This document shows, piece by piece, positions 8,575 to 20,620 of a DNA stretch of 64,000 bases. The stretch is from Bacilli bacterium (lineage in GTDB: Bacteria; Bacillota_I; Bacilli_A; RF39; UBA660). Under the pieces are notes generated by a model. That model ran no database searches, was not told the origin of the DNA, and saw nothing but the letters and a program-made list of their open reading frames with translations. The stretch lies in contig JAFRUZ010000016.1 in assembly GCA_017438635.1 (NCBI GenBank), forward strand, positions 8,627 to 72,626, given 5' to 3'. A program made the translations under genes and the position numbers. Position 1 is the first letter of the stretch. The number at the start of each line of letters is the position of its first letter.

Positions 8575-8594
8575 ATTATTTCCCGGGAAATAAT
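8575..8594. promoter_or_regulatory. Noc-binding site (NBS) 2, ATTATTTCCCGGGAAATAAT
   Basis: Identical 20-bp palindrome to 7577-7596, lying 5 bp beyond the gyrA terminator T-tract. Confidence 0.75.
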
Positions 8595-8599
8595 TCATC

Positions 8600-8632
8600 A
8601 AAAAAAAAGTGAATAGCATAATTACTATTCAC
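8600..8632 (-). terminator. Intrinsic terminator of gyrA
   Basis: Minus strand GTGAATAG-taattatg-CTATTCAC followed by T9; the stem overlaps the gyrA stop codon. Confidence 0.7.
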
Positions 8633-11087
8633 TTACAACATTATCAACAGTTTCCTCAGAATATTCCTCATCTGCCTTCTGAGTAATAGTAACAGAAGTA
8701 ACAGACTGATTATCCCTTAAATTCATCAATCTTACACCTTGAGTATTCCTACGTAATGTCGAAATCTTACCTACTTCAAGTCTAATAACAGTACCTTCGT
8801 CAGTAGTCATAATAACATCTTCATCCCCTATTACAGACTTAAATGCAATAATAAGACCATTCTTTTCAGTAATATTAAGAGCCTTAACTCCTTTTCCACC
8901 ACGATGAGTAAGCCTATATTCATCAGTTTCAGTCTTCTTACCATAACCCTTTTCAGTCACAACAAGAATAAGTTTCGAAGAATCAGCAATCTCTGCACCA
9001 ATCAAATAAGTATCAGACATATCAATTCCCTTAACTCCTGAAGCACTTCTACCCATAACACGTACTTCATTTTCATTAAATCTAACCATTCTACCAGCAT
9101 TTGAAGCCATAATAACCTCATTTTCACCAGAAGTTTTCTTAACACTAGCAAGCATATCGCCTTCCTTTAACGTAATAGCAATCTTACCAGTTTTACGTAT
9201 AGATTCAAATTCATCAACATCAGTTCTCTTAACAAGGCCATTTCTAGTAAAGAACATCAAATACTTAGAATCATCGTCTTTAGAAACAGGAATAATAGTA
9301 TTAACAATCTCATCCTTTTCCAAAGGCAAGATATTAACAATAGGAACACCCTTAGATTGCCTACTGAACTCTGGTATTTCATATCCCTTAACACGATAAA
9401 CCTTACCAAAATTACTAAAGAATAACAAATGATCATGTGTATCACAAGTTATTAACATTTCAACATAGTCTTCATCATTAGTAGACATACCCTTAATACC
9501 AACACCACCACGATTTTGACTACGATAAGTATCAGATACCAATCTCTTAATATAACCACGTTTAGTCATAGAAATAACAACATTATCATTAGGAATAAGA
9601 GATTCATCATCAATATAGTCAATAGCAGTCATATCAATATCAGTACGTCTTTCATCACTATATTTTTCTTTAATTTCAAGAAGTTCTTCCTTGATAATAG
9701 CTAAAACTCTCTCTTCAGAAGCAAGAATAGCCTTGTATTCAGTAATCTTTTCAAGAAGTTCAGCAAGTTCACTCTCAATTTTTTCCCTTTCAAGACCAGT
9801 AAGCCTTCTAAGTCTCATTTCAAGAATAGCATTTGCTTGAGTTTCAGTAAGACCAAATCTAGTCATTAAACCATTACGAGCAACCTCATCATCACGAGCA
9901 GCTCTGATAAGCTTAATAACTTCGTCTATATTATTAAGAGCTATTATATAGCCTTCCAAAATATGTACCCTTTTTTCAGCCTTATCAAGATCAAACTTAG
10001 TTCTACGAATAATAATTTCCTTTTGAAAATCAATATATTTAGAAATAATATCTTTAAGTCCTAAACTCTTAGGAACTCCTTGATCAAGCATCAAAAAGTT
10101 AATACCATAGTTTATTTGAAATTGCGTATGCTTATACAAATTGTTTAAAACAACTTGTGGATTAGCATCTCTTTTCAAAGTAATAGTAATCTTAATACCA
10201 TCCTTTAAATCAGTATGATAATCAGAAATACCATCTATAACCTTGTTATGAACAAGTTCCGCTACCTTATTCTTTAATTCAGAAGTATTAACACCATAAG
10301 GAACTTCATCAATAATTATATAGTTTTTACCATTTTTTTCCTCTATAGTAGCACGACTTCTAATAGTAATACTTCCCCTACCAGTCTCATAAGCCTTACG
10401 AATACCGCTATTACCAAGAATAATAGCACCAGTAGGAAAATCAGGTCCTTTAACATGTTTCATTAATTCATCCAAAGTAACCTCTGGATTATCAATATAC
10501 GCTACACAACCATCAATAACTTCCCCTAAATTATGTGGTGGTATATTTGTAGCCATACCAACAGCAATACCCATAGTACCATTAACCAAAATATTAGGAA
10601 ATCTACTAGGTAAAATACTAGGTTCAACCTCAGATTCATCAAAATTTGGTTCAAAATCAACAGTATTCTTATTAATATCACGCAATAATTCTAATGACAT
10701 TCTAGAAAGTCTAGATTCAGTATAACGCATCGCTGCTGCTCCATAACCTTCAATATTACCAAAGTTTCCATGTCCATCAACAAGCATATAACGATAATTG
10801 AAGTCTTGAGCCATTCTAACCATAGCTTCATAGATTGAACTATCTCCATGAGGGTGATATTTACCCATAACATCCCCAACAATTCTAGCACTCTTCTTAT
10901 GAGGTTTTTCAGGAGTATAACCAGATTCGTACATAGAATAAAGAATTCTACGATGAACAGGTTTAAGACCATCTCTTAAATCAGGAAGAGCACGTGAAAC
11001 AATAACACTCATTGAATATTCTAGGAATGATGTTTCAATTTCATTAACTATATTATTTTCTTGTAATCTATCTCTATTATCATCCAT
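8625..11087 (-). CDS. gyrA: DNA gyrase subunit A
   Basis: 820 aa; [24 protein letters not shown], the QRDR-region [13 protein letters not shown], and beta-pinwheel repeats. Confidence 0.97.
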   Translation of the reverse strand: MDDNRDRLQENNIVNEIETSFLEYSMSVIVSRALPDLRDGLKPVHRRILYSMYESGYTPEKPHKKSARIVGDVMGKYHPHGDSSIYEAMVRMAQDFNYRYMLVDGHGNFGNIEGYGAAAMRYTESRLSRMSLELLRDINKNTVDFEPNFDESEVEPSILPSRFPNILVNGTMGIAVGMATNIPPHNLGEVIDGCVAYIDNPEVTLDELMKHVKGPDFPTGAIILGNSGIRKAYETGRGSITIRSRATIEEKNGKNYIIIDEVPYGVNTSELKNKVAELVHNKVIDGISDYHTDLKDGIKITITLKRDANPQVVLNNLYKHTQFQINYGINFLMLDQGVPKSLGLKDIISKYIDFQKEIIIRRTKFDLDKAEKRVHILEGYIIALNNIDEVIKLIRAARDDEVARNGLMTRFGLTETQANAILEMRLRRLTGLEREKIESELAELLEKITEYKAILASEERVLAIIKEELLEIKEKYSDERRTDIDMTAIDYIDDESLIPNDNVVISMTKRGYIKRLVSDTYRSQNRGGVGIKGMSTNDEDYVEMLITCDTHDHLLFFSNFGKVYRVKGYEIPEFSRQSKGVPIVNILPLEKDEIVNTIIPVSKDDDSKYLMFFTRNGLVKRTDVDEFESIRKTGKIAITLKEGDMLASVKKTSGENEVIMASNAGRMVRFNENEVRVMGRSASGVKGIDMSDTYLIGAEIADSSKLILVVTEKGYGKKTETDEYRLTHRGGKGVKALNITEKNGLIIAFKSVIGDEDVIMTTDEGTVIRLEVGKISTLRRNTQGVRLMNLRDNQSVTSVTITQKADEEYSEETVDNVVSE

Positions 11088-11097
11088 ATTAACCCTC

Positions 11098-14117
<3,020 letters not shown>

Positions 14118-14190
14118 ATTTAAAATTTAAATTTAAAGCCCTCAAATTTGCACCAACTCCCAGAACTAGTACTCCAGTACTTACTATTAC

Positions 14191-14199
14191 ATTATATCA
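14191..14199 (-). promoter_or_regulatory. Extended -10 element (TGATATAAT) upstream of recF
   Basis: The reverse complement of 14191-14199 reads TGATATAAT, about 75 nt upstream of the recF ATG. Confidence 0.4.
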
Positions 14200-14233
14200 C
14201 AAAATAGCCATAAAAAAAACGATTTTTACAAAA

Positions 14234-14704
14234 TTAACCGTTTTTTTTACTATTTTTCCTATTATTTGAGACAGCTTCTAACATATTACATCTAAAAATC
14301 TGATTCTTAATAGAAAAATAAGGACAATCTACAATAATAAAATTATCATTAATAAATATAATTTTGGACTTTTTATTATATTTTTCAACATGTTTTATAT
14401 TTTTATAAGACAACCACCCTACACTTTCTGATTGAATAGCTTCAGTAGGAAAAAATATAAGTTTTTGTGATTCTTCAACAATAACAGGAGTTTTATATAT
14501 ACTTCCAAGTATATCTTTAGAACCAAGCATTCTACCCTCTAAACTACTACCAAAGTACTTACAACTATGTTCCATAACCTCATAAGGAGTCTCTTTTACT
14601 ATGTATTCGTCATCCTTTTCAATAATTCTAGTACTCTGCTCATCAAAAGGAATAATAGCCAAAGTACTATCATTTATCTCATATTTAATATAATTCACCC
14701 CCAA
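14234..14704 (-). CDS. comK: Competence transcription factor ComK family protein
   Basis: 156 aa. Blocks YEINDSTLAIIP, IIEKD..Y.V, SCKYFGSSLEGR, KTPVIV, LIFFPT and VGWLSY align with B. subtilis ComK (YEVNGATIAVLP, SCRFFGSSYAGR, KPPIMV, IFLFPT, CGWISH) as I recall that sequence. Confidence 0.8.
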   Translation of the reverse strand: MGVNYIKYEINDSTLAIIPFDEQSTRIIEKDDEYIVKETPYEVMEHSCKYFGSSLEGRMLGSKDILGSIYKTPVIVEESQKLIFFPTEAIQSESVGWLSYKNIKHVEKYNKKSKIIFINDNFIIVDCPYFSIKNQIFRCNMLEAVSNNRKNSKKNG

Positions 14705-14809
14705 ACTACAATTTTTGCAATATAAAAAAATATATTACACCGAATGGTATAACATATTTATTTGTCGAAAAAACAAGTTTTTTGTCGATAACTATGTAAA
14801 AAAATATAA

Positions 14810-15925
14810 TTAATAAGTTCTAATTGGTAAAATTAATGAAATTAGATCATCATTATCATCATTTTTTAATAAAATTGGCTTAATTTCTCCTACAAAAGTT
14901 AATATTACATCACTAGATTTTATAGTTTTTAAAGCATCCATCATATATTTAGCGCTAAAGCTGATTTTAATTTCATCAGAGCACTCAACATTAATCTTTT
15001 CTTCTACTTTTCCTATTTCTAGAGACATAGAAGTAACCTTCATAACACCATTTTTAATCTCTAATGTAACAATATTATTATCATTATCATCATTTAATAT
15101 ACTAGCTCTATCAACAATATTATAAAATTCATTAACATTTAACTTTAAATCAAATAATGAGTCAGTAGGAATCAAATTCTTAGTATTAGGATAAGTACCA
15201 TTAATAAGCCTAGATTGAAAAATAATATTATTAAACTTAAATATGATTTTATTAGAGAAAAAGTGTATTTCCATTGTTTCATCGGAAAAAGATAATAATT
15301 TCATAAGTTCATTTAAATTCTTACTTGGAACAATAATATCTATATCACTAGCAATTTTCTTATCAATTTTAAACTTTCTAAGAGATAATCTATATGAATC
15401 AGTAGCACTACATTCAAGTGAATCACCATTTATCTTAATATTAACACCAGTAAGAACAATTCTAGCTTCATCCATAGAACAAGCATAATTAGTTTGACTA
15501 ATCATAGTTTTAAATTCAGAAATCTTCATTTCTGCAAAAGTATCAGATAAATCAAGATTAATATCTGGATACTCTTTAGCATCTATTCCATTAAGATTAA
15601 ATTCACTATTATCTGTATAAATCATTATTTTATGTTCATCAATAGTATCAATGTTAATAAACTCAGCATCTAGTTTTCTAATAATATCAAGAATATATTT
15701 ACCTTTAATAACAGTGTTACCAGTATTCTTTATTATTAGATCTTCTCCTTTTTCAATAAATGTTTGAATAGTAATATCATTATCAGAAGCAGTAATGATT
15801 AGTTTATCTCTTAATAATTCAAATTTTATACCTGAAAGTATAGGTATAATATTCTTACTAGATAAAGCTTTAGATACATTATTAAGAGCTTCAAGTAAAA
15901 CAGTTCTTTTAATTTGTAATTTCAT
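14810..15925 (-). CDS. dnaN: DNA polymerase III beta sliding clamp
   Basis: 371 aa; MKLQIKRTVLLEALNNVSKALSSKNIIPILSGIKF...; position downstream of dnaA. Confidence 0.95.
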   Translation of the reverse strand: MKLQIKRTVLLEALNNVSKALSSKNIIPILSGIKFELLRDKLIITASDNDITIQTFIEKGEDLIIKNTGNTVIKGKYILDIIRKLDAEFINIDTIDEHKIMIYTDNSEFNLNGIDAKEYPDINLDLSDTFAEMKISEFKTMISQTNYACSMDEARIVLTGVNIKINGDSLECSATDSYRLSLRKFKIDKKIASDIDIIVPSKNLNELMKLLSFSDETMEIHFFSNKIIFKFNNIIFQSRLINGTYPNTKNLIPTDSLFDLKLNVNEFYNIVDRASILNDDNDNNIVTLEIKNGVMKVTSMSLEIGKVEEKINVECSDEIKISFSAKYMMDALKTIKSSDVILTFVGEIKPILLKNDDNDDLISLILPIRTY

Positions 15926-16070
15926 TTTAAAACCTTCTTTCTTATTTTTTTATATTTTTTATAGTAATTATATTAATACTGTTAACAATGTTAATAACCC
16001 TCAAAGTCCTTTATTTATAAGGAAAAAACAGCTTTTTTTATGTTAATTATTGTTAACAGTTTTAACAAAG
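15926..16070. promoter_or_regulatory. oriC: oriC module between dnaA and dnaN: variant DnaA-box 9-mers plus an AT-rich tract
   Basis: TGTTAACAA (15980-15988) directly abuts TGTTAATAA (15989-15997). TGTTAATTA lies at 16041-16049 and TGTTAACAG at 16051-16059. 15930-15975 is almost pure A/T and lies next to the dnaN start. Confidence 0.6.
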
Positions 16071-17456
16071 TTATGTTAATTGCTTTTCAATGTTGTTAAT
16101 TGCATCACTAAGATCCTTATTAATCTTCATCTCTCTTTCAATTTTATTACAAGCATGAATCACAGTAGCATGGTTCTTTCCAGAAAACTCAATACCTATT
16201 CTTTCAAATGATTCATCAGTAAGTTTTCTACATAAATACATAGCAACTTGCCTTGGTATTGCTAGATTTGGAGTTCTTTTCTTAGATTTCATATCCTCAA
16301 AAGAAATCTTATAAAAATTAGCAACACCTTTTTGAATTCTTCGAATATCGTTTTGATCAGTTACAATATCTTTTTTAGTAAAATCTTTTAAAGCCTCCAT
16401 AGCAAAGTCTAAAGTAATATCAGTAACCCCCATAATTGCTGAATAAGCGACAAGCCTTGTAATAGAACCTTCAAGTTGACGAACATCGTTTCCAACATTC
16501 GAAGCAATAAAAGAAATAACATCATCATTTATAACAATATCTTCTCTTTTTAACTTTTTCTTGATAATAGCCACCTTTAAATCATAATCTGGAGGGCTAA
16601 TATCAACTTGTAATCCCCATGCAAATCTAGTTCTAAGCCTATCTTCAAGGACTTTTAAATCTTCAGGAGATCTATCAGAAGATACAATTATTTGCTTGCT
16701 GTCATTGTATAAATTGTTAAAAGTGTGGAAAAATTCTTGTTGTGTCTTCTCTGCTCCTCCTAAAAACTGAATATCGTCAATTAATAAAACATCTACATTT
16801 CGATATTTATTTTTGAAAAACGTAGCATAATCTAAATTATTAAAACTACTACCCTTTCTTGCTAATCCAGTAAAATCATTCATAAAATCATCACTGGTTA
16901 CATATAAAACACGTTTATTAAACTTATTTTCTATATAATTGCCAATTGCATGCATTAAATGAGTCTTACCTAGGCCACTATTTCCATATATAAATAAAGG
17001 ATTATATAAAGTACCAGGGTTTTCTGCTACAGCAAGAGCAGCAGCTTGAGCAAATTTATTAGACTCCCCTACTACAAAACTTTCAAAAGTATAGTTTTTA
17101 TTTAAATTAGAATTATGATCTTTAACATAAGTAGATTGCACTTCATTTCCTTTTTCTACTAGGTTTTCAGTAGGATTACTATTATTATGTTCCAAAAAAT
17201 CTGCTACATTATCCTTTAATATATATTTAATGTTATCAACATTATTTGTTAATATCTCATTAAAACTATCAATAATTAAATCTTTATAATTTCTATCAAT
17301 GTGATTTTTATACCACATAATAGGTATTACCAGTCTTACACTAGTATCTTCGACCCCTATAAAATCAATATTTTTAAACCATGTGTCATAAGATAATGGG
17401 TCAACAATATTACTAATATTATTTAAAACTTTAGACCATAAAATTTTATCATCCAT
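16071..17456 (-). CDS. dnaA: Chromosomal replication initiator DnaA
   Basis: 461 aa; AAA+ motifs GNSGLGKTHLMHA and LLIDDIQFL; domain IV IPRQVAMYLCRKLT...GKNHATVIHA. Confidence 0.97.
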   Translation of the reverse strand: MDDKILWSKVLNNISNIVDPLSYDTWFKNIDFIGVEDTSVRLVIPIMWYKNHIDRNYKDLIIDSFNEILTNNVDNIKYILKDNVADFLEHNNSNPTENLVEKGNEVQSTYVKDHNSNLNKNYTFESFVVGESNKFAQAAALAVAENPGTLYNPLFIYGNSGLGKTHLMHAIGNYIENKFNKRVLYVTSDDFMNDFTGLARKGSSFNNLDYATFFKNKYRNVDVLLIDDIQFLGGAEKTQQEFFHTFNNLYNDSKQIIVSSDRSPEDLKVLEDRLRTRFAWGLQVDISPPDYDLKVAIIKKKLKREDIVINDDVISFIASNVGNDVRQLEGSITRLVAYSAIMGVTDITLDFAMEALKDFTKKDIVTDQNDIRRIQKGVANFYKISFEDMKSKKRTPNLAIPRQVAMYLCRKLTDESFERIGIEFSGKNHATVIHACNKIEREMKINKDLSDAINNIEKQLT

Positions 17457-17479
17457 AATACCATCTCCCCACTAAAAAT

Positions 17480-17508
17480 ATAGTATTTACCACTTAATTC
17501 AATTGTAA
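17480..17508 (-). promoter_or_regulatory. Candidate dnaA promoter (TTACAA - 17 nt - TACTAT)
   Basis: Reverse complement: -35 TTACAA (17503-17508), -10 TACTAT (17480-17485), RBS GGGGAG before ATG 17456. A variant DnaA box (17515-17523) sits just upstream. Confidence 0.45.
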
Positions 17509-17760
17509 TACATTTGTTAATAAATGAAAAGTTAAAAAAGAAATTAACAGACTTATTAACACAGTTATTAACATAGTTTTTCCTTTAGATACATACTATA
17601 AATGAGTTTTCAACAAATTTCAAGTAAAAAAGTTATAAACATATTCACAATTAACAAGTACTGTTAATAACAAAAAAAGTTAATAGATGTTAAAACAGTT
17701 AATAAATAAAAAATGTCCAATAAAAAAAAGAAAAATAATTAACAAATTTATGTTAATTAT
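17509..17760. promoter_or_regulatory. oriC: oriC module upstream of dnaA: dense cluster of TTATTAACA/TGTTAATAA 9-mers (putative divergent DnaA boxes)
   Basis: Perfect copies at 17515-17523 (TGTTAATAA), 17553-17561 and 17565-17573 (TTATTAACA), and 17662-17670 (TGTTAATAA). 8/9 copies at 17633-17641, 17697-17705, 17736-17744 and 17751-17759. There is no canonical TTATCCACA here. Confidence 0.65.
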
Positions 17761-17799
17761 TAATATATAAAAAAATAATAGAAAAATTATCAACAAAAT

Positions 17800-18276
17800 T
17801 TATTTAGTATTAAATATAAAAACATCCTCTCCTCCATCATTTTTAATAATGTAATTACCATTAGTATATTCATTTATTACATTTTTCCAAAATGAATAAG
17901 CAACAGGATTATTTGCCATAGGTTGAACTTCCCAAAAACCAGGAAACATATTAAAAATATCATGTGCTACTCTTTGTCCAATATGATTTCTTCTATATAT
18001 AGGCATAATCAAAAATTCTGCTACAGATTTACCTTCTTTATTAAATTTTAAGTTTTCATTAACAAGAACCATTCCTAAAAAATTTTTGTTATTTTTTATA
18101 AAATAAGCATTTCTATCATTATCAGAAAAATAATTATCAAACCAATTATATTCAAAAATACAATTTTCATTAATTTCATTATCAACATAAAATGATCCAT
18201 CATATAAAGCATATTGTAATAACCTATATAATTTATCTTTTTCTTCTAATTTAGCTTCAACTATTTCATAATCCAT
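17800..18276 (-). CDS. GNAT-family acetyltransferase
   Basis: 158 aa; the acetyl-CoA binding-like segment IMPIYRRNHIGQRVAHDIF; lies between dnaA and rpmH. Confidence 0.7.
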   Translation of the reverse strand: MDYEIVEAKLEEKDKLYRLLQYALYDGSFYVDNEINENCIFEYNWFDNYFSDNDRNAYFIKNNKNFLGMVLVNENLKFNKEGKSVAEFLIMPIYRRNHIGQRVAHDIFNMFPGFWEVQPMANNPVAYSFWKNVINEYTNGNYIIKNDGGEDVFIFNTK

Positions 18277-18432
18277 AATATTCCTCCTAAAAAAGCATTA
18301 ACAAATAAATAAAAATAAAATAAAAACAAACTACTTTAAAAGAAATTTTGTCCAATTTTTTAATTTTATATAAATATAAAAAGATATATACACGTAATAT
18401 TATAAAATATATTTATTTTATAGTCAAAAAAG
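18277..18432. other. Extremely AT-rich spacer (possible unwinding region / promoter-upstream region)
   Basis: Almost no G/C across ~150 bp (aaataaataaaaataaaataaaaacaaa..., tataaatataaaaagatatata...). Assignment as a DUE is an inference from position only. Confidence 0.3.
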
Positions 18433-18462
18433 TTGACAACTACCCTATTTTTCATATACAAT
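18433..18462 (+). promoter_or_regulatory. rpmH promoter (TTGACA - 18 nt - TACAAT)
   Basis: -35 TTGACA at 18433-18438 and -10 TACAAT at 18457-18462, about 30 nt upstream of the rpmH start. Confidence 0.6.
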
Positions 18463-18492
18463 AGTAGCGATTAAGTTTGGAGGTGTATTAAC

Positions 18493-18618
18493 TTGAAAAA
18501 AGGAACTTTTCAACCAAATAGCAGAAGAATGAAAAAAAAGCATGGTTTCTTTGCACACAATGAAGCTGGTATTGTTAAAAGAAGAAGAAACAAAGGTAGA
18601 AAAAGATTATCAAAATAA
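18493..18618 (+). CDS. rpmH: 50S ribosomal protein L34
   Basis: Below the ORF-track size cut-off. TTG start behind GGAGGTG; translation (M)KKGTFQPNSRRMKKKHGFFAHNEAGIVKRRRNKGRKRLSK; precedes rnpA. Confidence 0.9.
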   Translation: MKKGTFQPNSRRMKKKHGFFAHNEAGIVKRRRNKGRKRLSK

Positions 18619-18620
18619 CA

Positions 18621-18641
18621 GTCCACTAAAAGTGGATTTTT
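18621..18641 (+). terminator. Short hairpin plus T-tract between rpmH and rnpA (probable attenuating terminator)
   Basis: TCCACT-aaa-AGTGGA followed by TTTTT. Confidence 0.4.
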
Positions 18642-18659
18642 GATTATGGAGGAATTAAT

Positions 18660-19004
18660 ATGAAAAAAGAAAATATTGTACAAAAATCAAAAGATTTTGA
18701 TCGTATAATTAAAAAAAGAAATGGTAAAAGCAATAATTACTTCATAATAAACAAAGAAGAAAATAACGAAAATAAAACAAAATTTGGAATAACATTTTCA
18801 AAAAACCTAGGAAATGCAGTAACTAGAAACAAGTTAAAAAGAAGAATTAAAAACATAATAGACCAAAATAATAAAATATATGAAAAGAATAGTACATATA
18901 TAATAATAGCCAAGAAAGATGCTATATACCTTTCATATAAACAATTAGAGGAAGAATTAATTAATGTTTTTAATAAAATAAAAGGAGATAATAATGAAAA
19001 ATAA
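18660..19004 (+). CDS. rnpA: Ribonuclease P protein component
   Basis: 114 aa; the KNLGNAVTRNKLKRRIKN motif. Confidence 0.9.
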   Translation: MKKENIVQKSKDFDRIIKKRNGKSNNYFIINKEENNENKTKFGITFSKNLGNAVTRNKLKRRIKNIIDQNNKIYEKNSTYIIIAKKDAIYLSYKQLEEELINVFNKIKGDNNEK

Positions 19005-19968
19005 AAAAATAGTAAAAGTTTTGGTTTTATTAGTATTATTAATAACTTTAACAGGATGTACACACATGTTAAAAGGAAAAGATGGAAAACCTGTTAGAAA
19101 TGAAGAAACTGGTCAAACTATAACAGAAAACATAATATGTAAGCCAACAGATAAAAAAACAATTAAAATATATAAAGAAAATAATGTTGATATAGAAAAA
19201 CTACCAGATTGTAATAATATAAAAATTTCTGGAAAATATGAAAATCTATGGAATTCATTATTTGTAAGACCATTAGCATTCGCAATAATCAAAGTAGGGG
19301 AGTTTGTAAAATCAAATGCCATTTCAATAGTAATCATAACCTTAATTATAAGATTATTGCTTTATTCAAATACCAAAAAAACACTATTACAATCAGAGAA
19401 TATGAAAAAAGCACAACCAGAGATTAAAAGAATAGAAAAAAAGTATGAAGGAAAAAACGATAATGAATCTATTCAAAAGAAAGGTCAAGAAATGATGATG
19501 GTATATAAAAAATATAATATAAAGCCATTGTCAGGATGTTTATTTGCCTTTATACAATTACCAATATTATTTGCCTTTTATGAAGCAATACAAAGAGTTC
19601 CTGCAATATTTGAAGAAAACTTTTTAGGAATAAATATGGGAACAACACCAGGAACTGCTATTTCAAATGGAAATTGGTTATATATAGTAATATGTATAAT
19701 TCTAATAATAATAACATTCTTGTCATTTAAGACAAATCCATCAATGAATAATACAAAAGATAAGAAAAATGATAAAACCAAAGACAAAGAAAAAGAAGAT
19801 GAAATAGATCCAACAGCAATGCAACAAAAAATGATGGGACCAATGATGACAGTATTTATAGGTTTCATGTCATTTACATTACCAACAGCAATAGCACTTT
19901 ATTGGATAACATCATCATTATTTACAATATTCCAAAATTTAACTATGAAAAGAGGTAAAAAAGCATGA
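18994..19968 (+). CDS. yidC: Membrane protein insertase YidC/SpoIIIJ (lipoprotein form)
   Basis: 324 aa; lipobox LITLTGC; conserved NPLSGCL / QLPILFAFY segments. Confidence 0.9.
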   Translation: MKNKKIVKVLVLLVLLITLTGCTHMLKGKDGKPVRNEETGQTITENIICKPTDKKTIKIYKENNVDIEKLPDCNNIKISGKYENLWNSLFVRPLAFAIIKVGEFVKSNAISIVIITLIIRLLLYSNTKKTLLQSENMKKAQPEIKRIEKKYEGKNDNESIQKKGQEMMMVYKKYNIKPLSGCLFAFIQLPILFAFYEAIQRVPAIFEENFLGINMGTTPGTAISNGNWLYIVICIILIIITFLSFKTNPSMNNTKDKKNDKTKDKEKEDEIDPTAMQQKMMGPMMTVFIGFMSFTLPTAIALYWITSSLFTIFQNLTMKRGKKA

Positions 19969-20582
19969 ATATACAAACATTTGTAGGAAAGACCAAAGAA
20001 GAAGCTATAATAAAAGCCATGGAAGGCTTAAATGCTAAAGAAGATGAATTAGTAATAACAGAAAAAGAAGTAAAAAAGTCATTATTCAATAAAAAAGCAG
20101 AAATAATAGCAATAACAAAGACAGAATTAAACAATTCAATAAAAGAATTTATTCTAAAAGTAGTAAGAGATATGGGAATAAATGCCAAAATAGAAACAAA
20201 AACTAAAGAAGATACAATAGTTTTTAATCTAATAGCACCAGATGCTTCAATCTTAATAGGAAAAAATGGTAGAACAATAGAAGCATTACAAAATGTAACA
20301 AATCAAATGGTAAATACAAATCTAGAATCATATTATAGATTTATAATAGATGCAAATGACTACAAAGCAAAAAGAAGAATGAGATTAGAAAAAACTGCAA
20401 AATATACTGCAAAAGAAGTAGCAAAAACAAAAGTAGAAGCACATCTTGAACCAATGAATTCATATGAAAGAAGAATAATTCATAATATTCTAACAAATTC
20501 AAAAGATGTAATGACAGAATCTGAAGGAGAAGAACCAAATAGACACGTTGTTATCAAACCAAAAGAAGTAACAGAAAAATAA
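19965..20582 (+). CDS. jag: Jag/KhpB RNA-binding protein (KH + R3H)
   Basis: 205 aa; IGKNGRTIEALQ (KH) and YERRIIHNIL (R3H); follows yidC. Confidence 0.88.
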   Translation: MNIQTFVGKTKEEAIIKAMEGLNAKEDELVITEKEVKKSLFNKKAEIIAITKTELNNSIKEFILKVVRDMGINAKIETKTKEDTIVFNLIAPDASILIGKNGRTIEALQNVTNQMVNTNLESYYRFIIDANDYKAKRRMRLEKTAKYTAKEVAKTKVEAHLEPMNSYERRIIHNILTNSKDVMTESEGEEPNRHVVIKPKEVTEK

Positions 20583-20620
20583 TCCGAAAAGAAATATTTA
20601 TATTAAAAAAGGAGATAAGT

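Noticed and set aside
10985-11000. CACGTGAAACA half-site inside gyrA that looks like a ninth parS.
   Set aside because: Only the right half matches. The left half (AAGAG) does not, and the sequence encodes the conserved GyrA peptide VSRALPD on the minus strand. It is most likely a coding coincidence.
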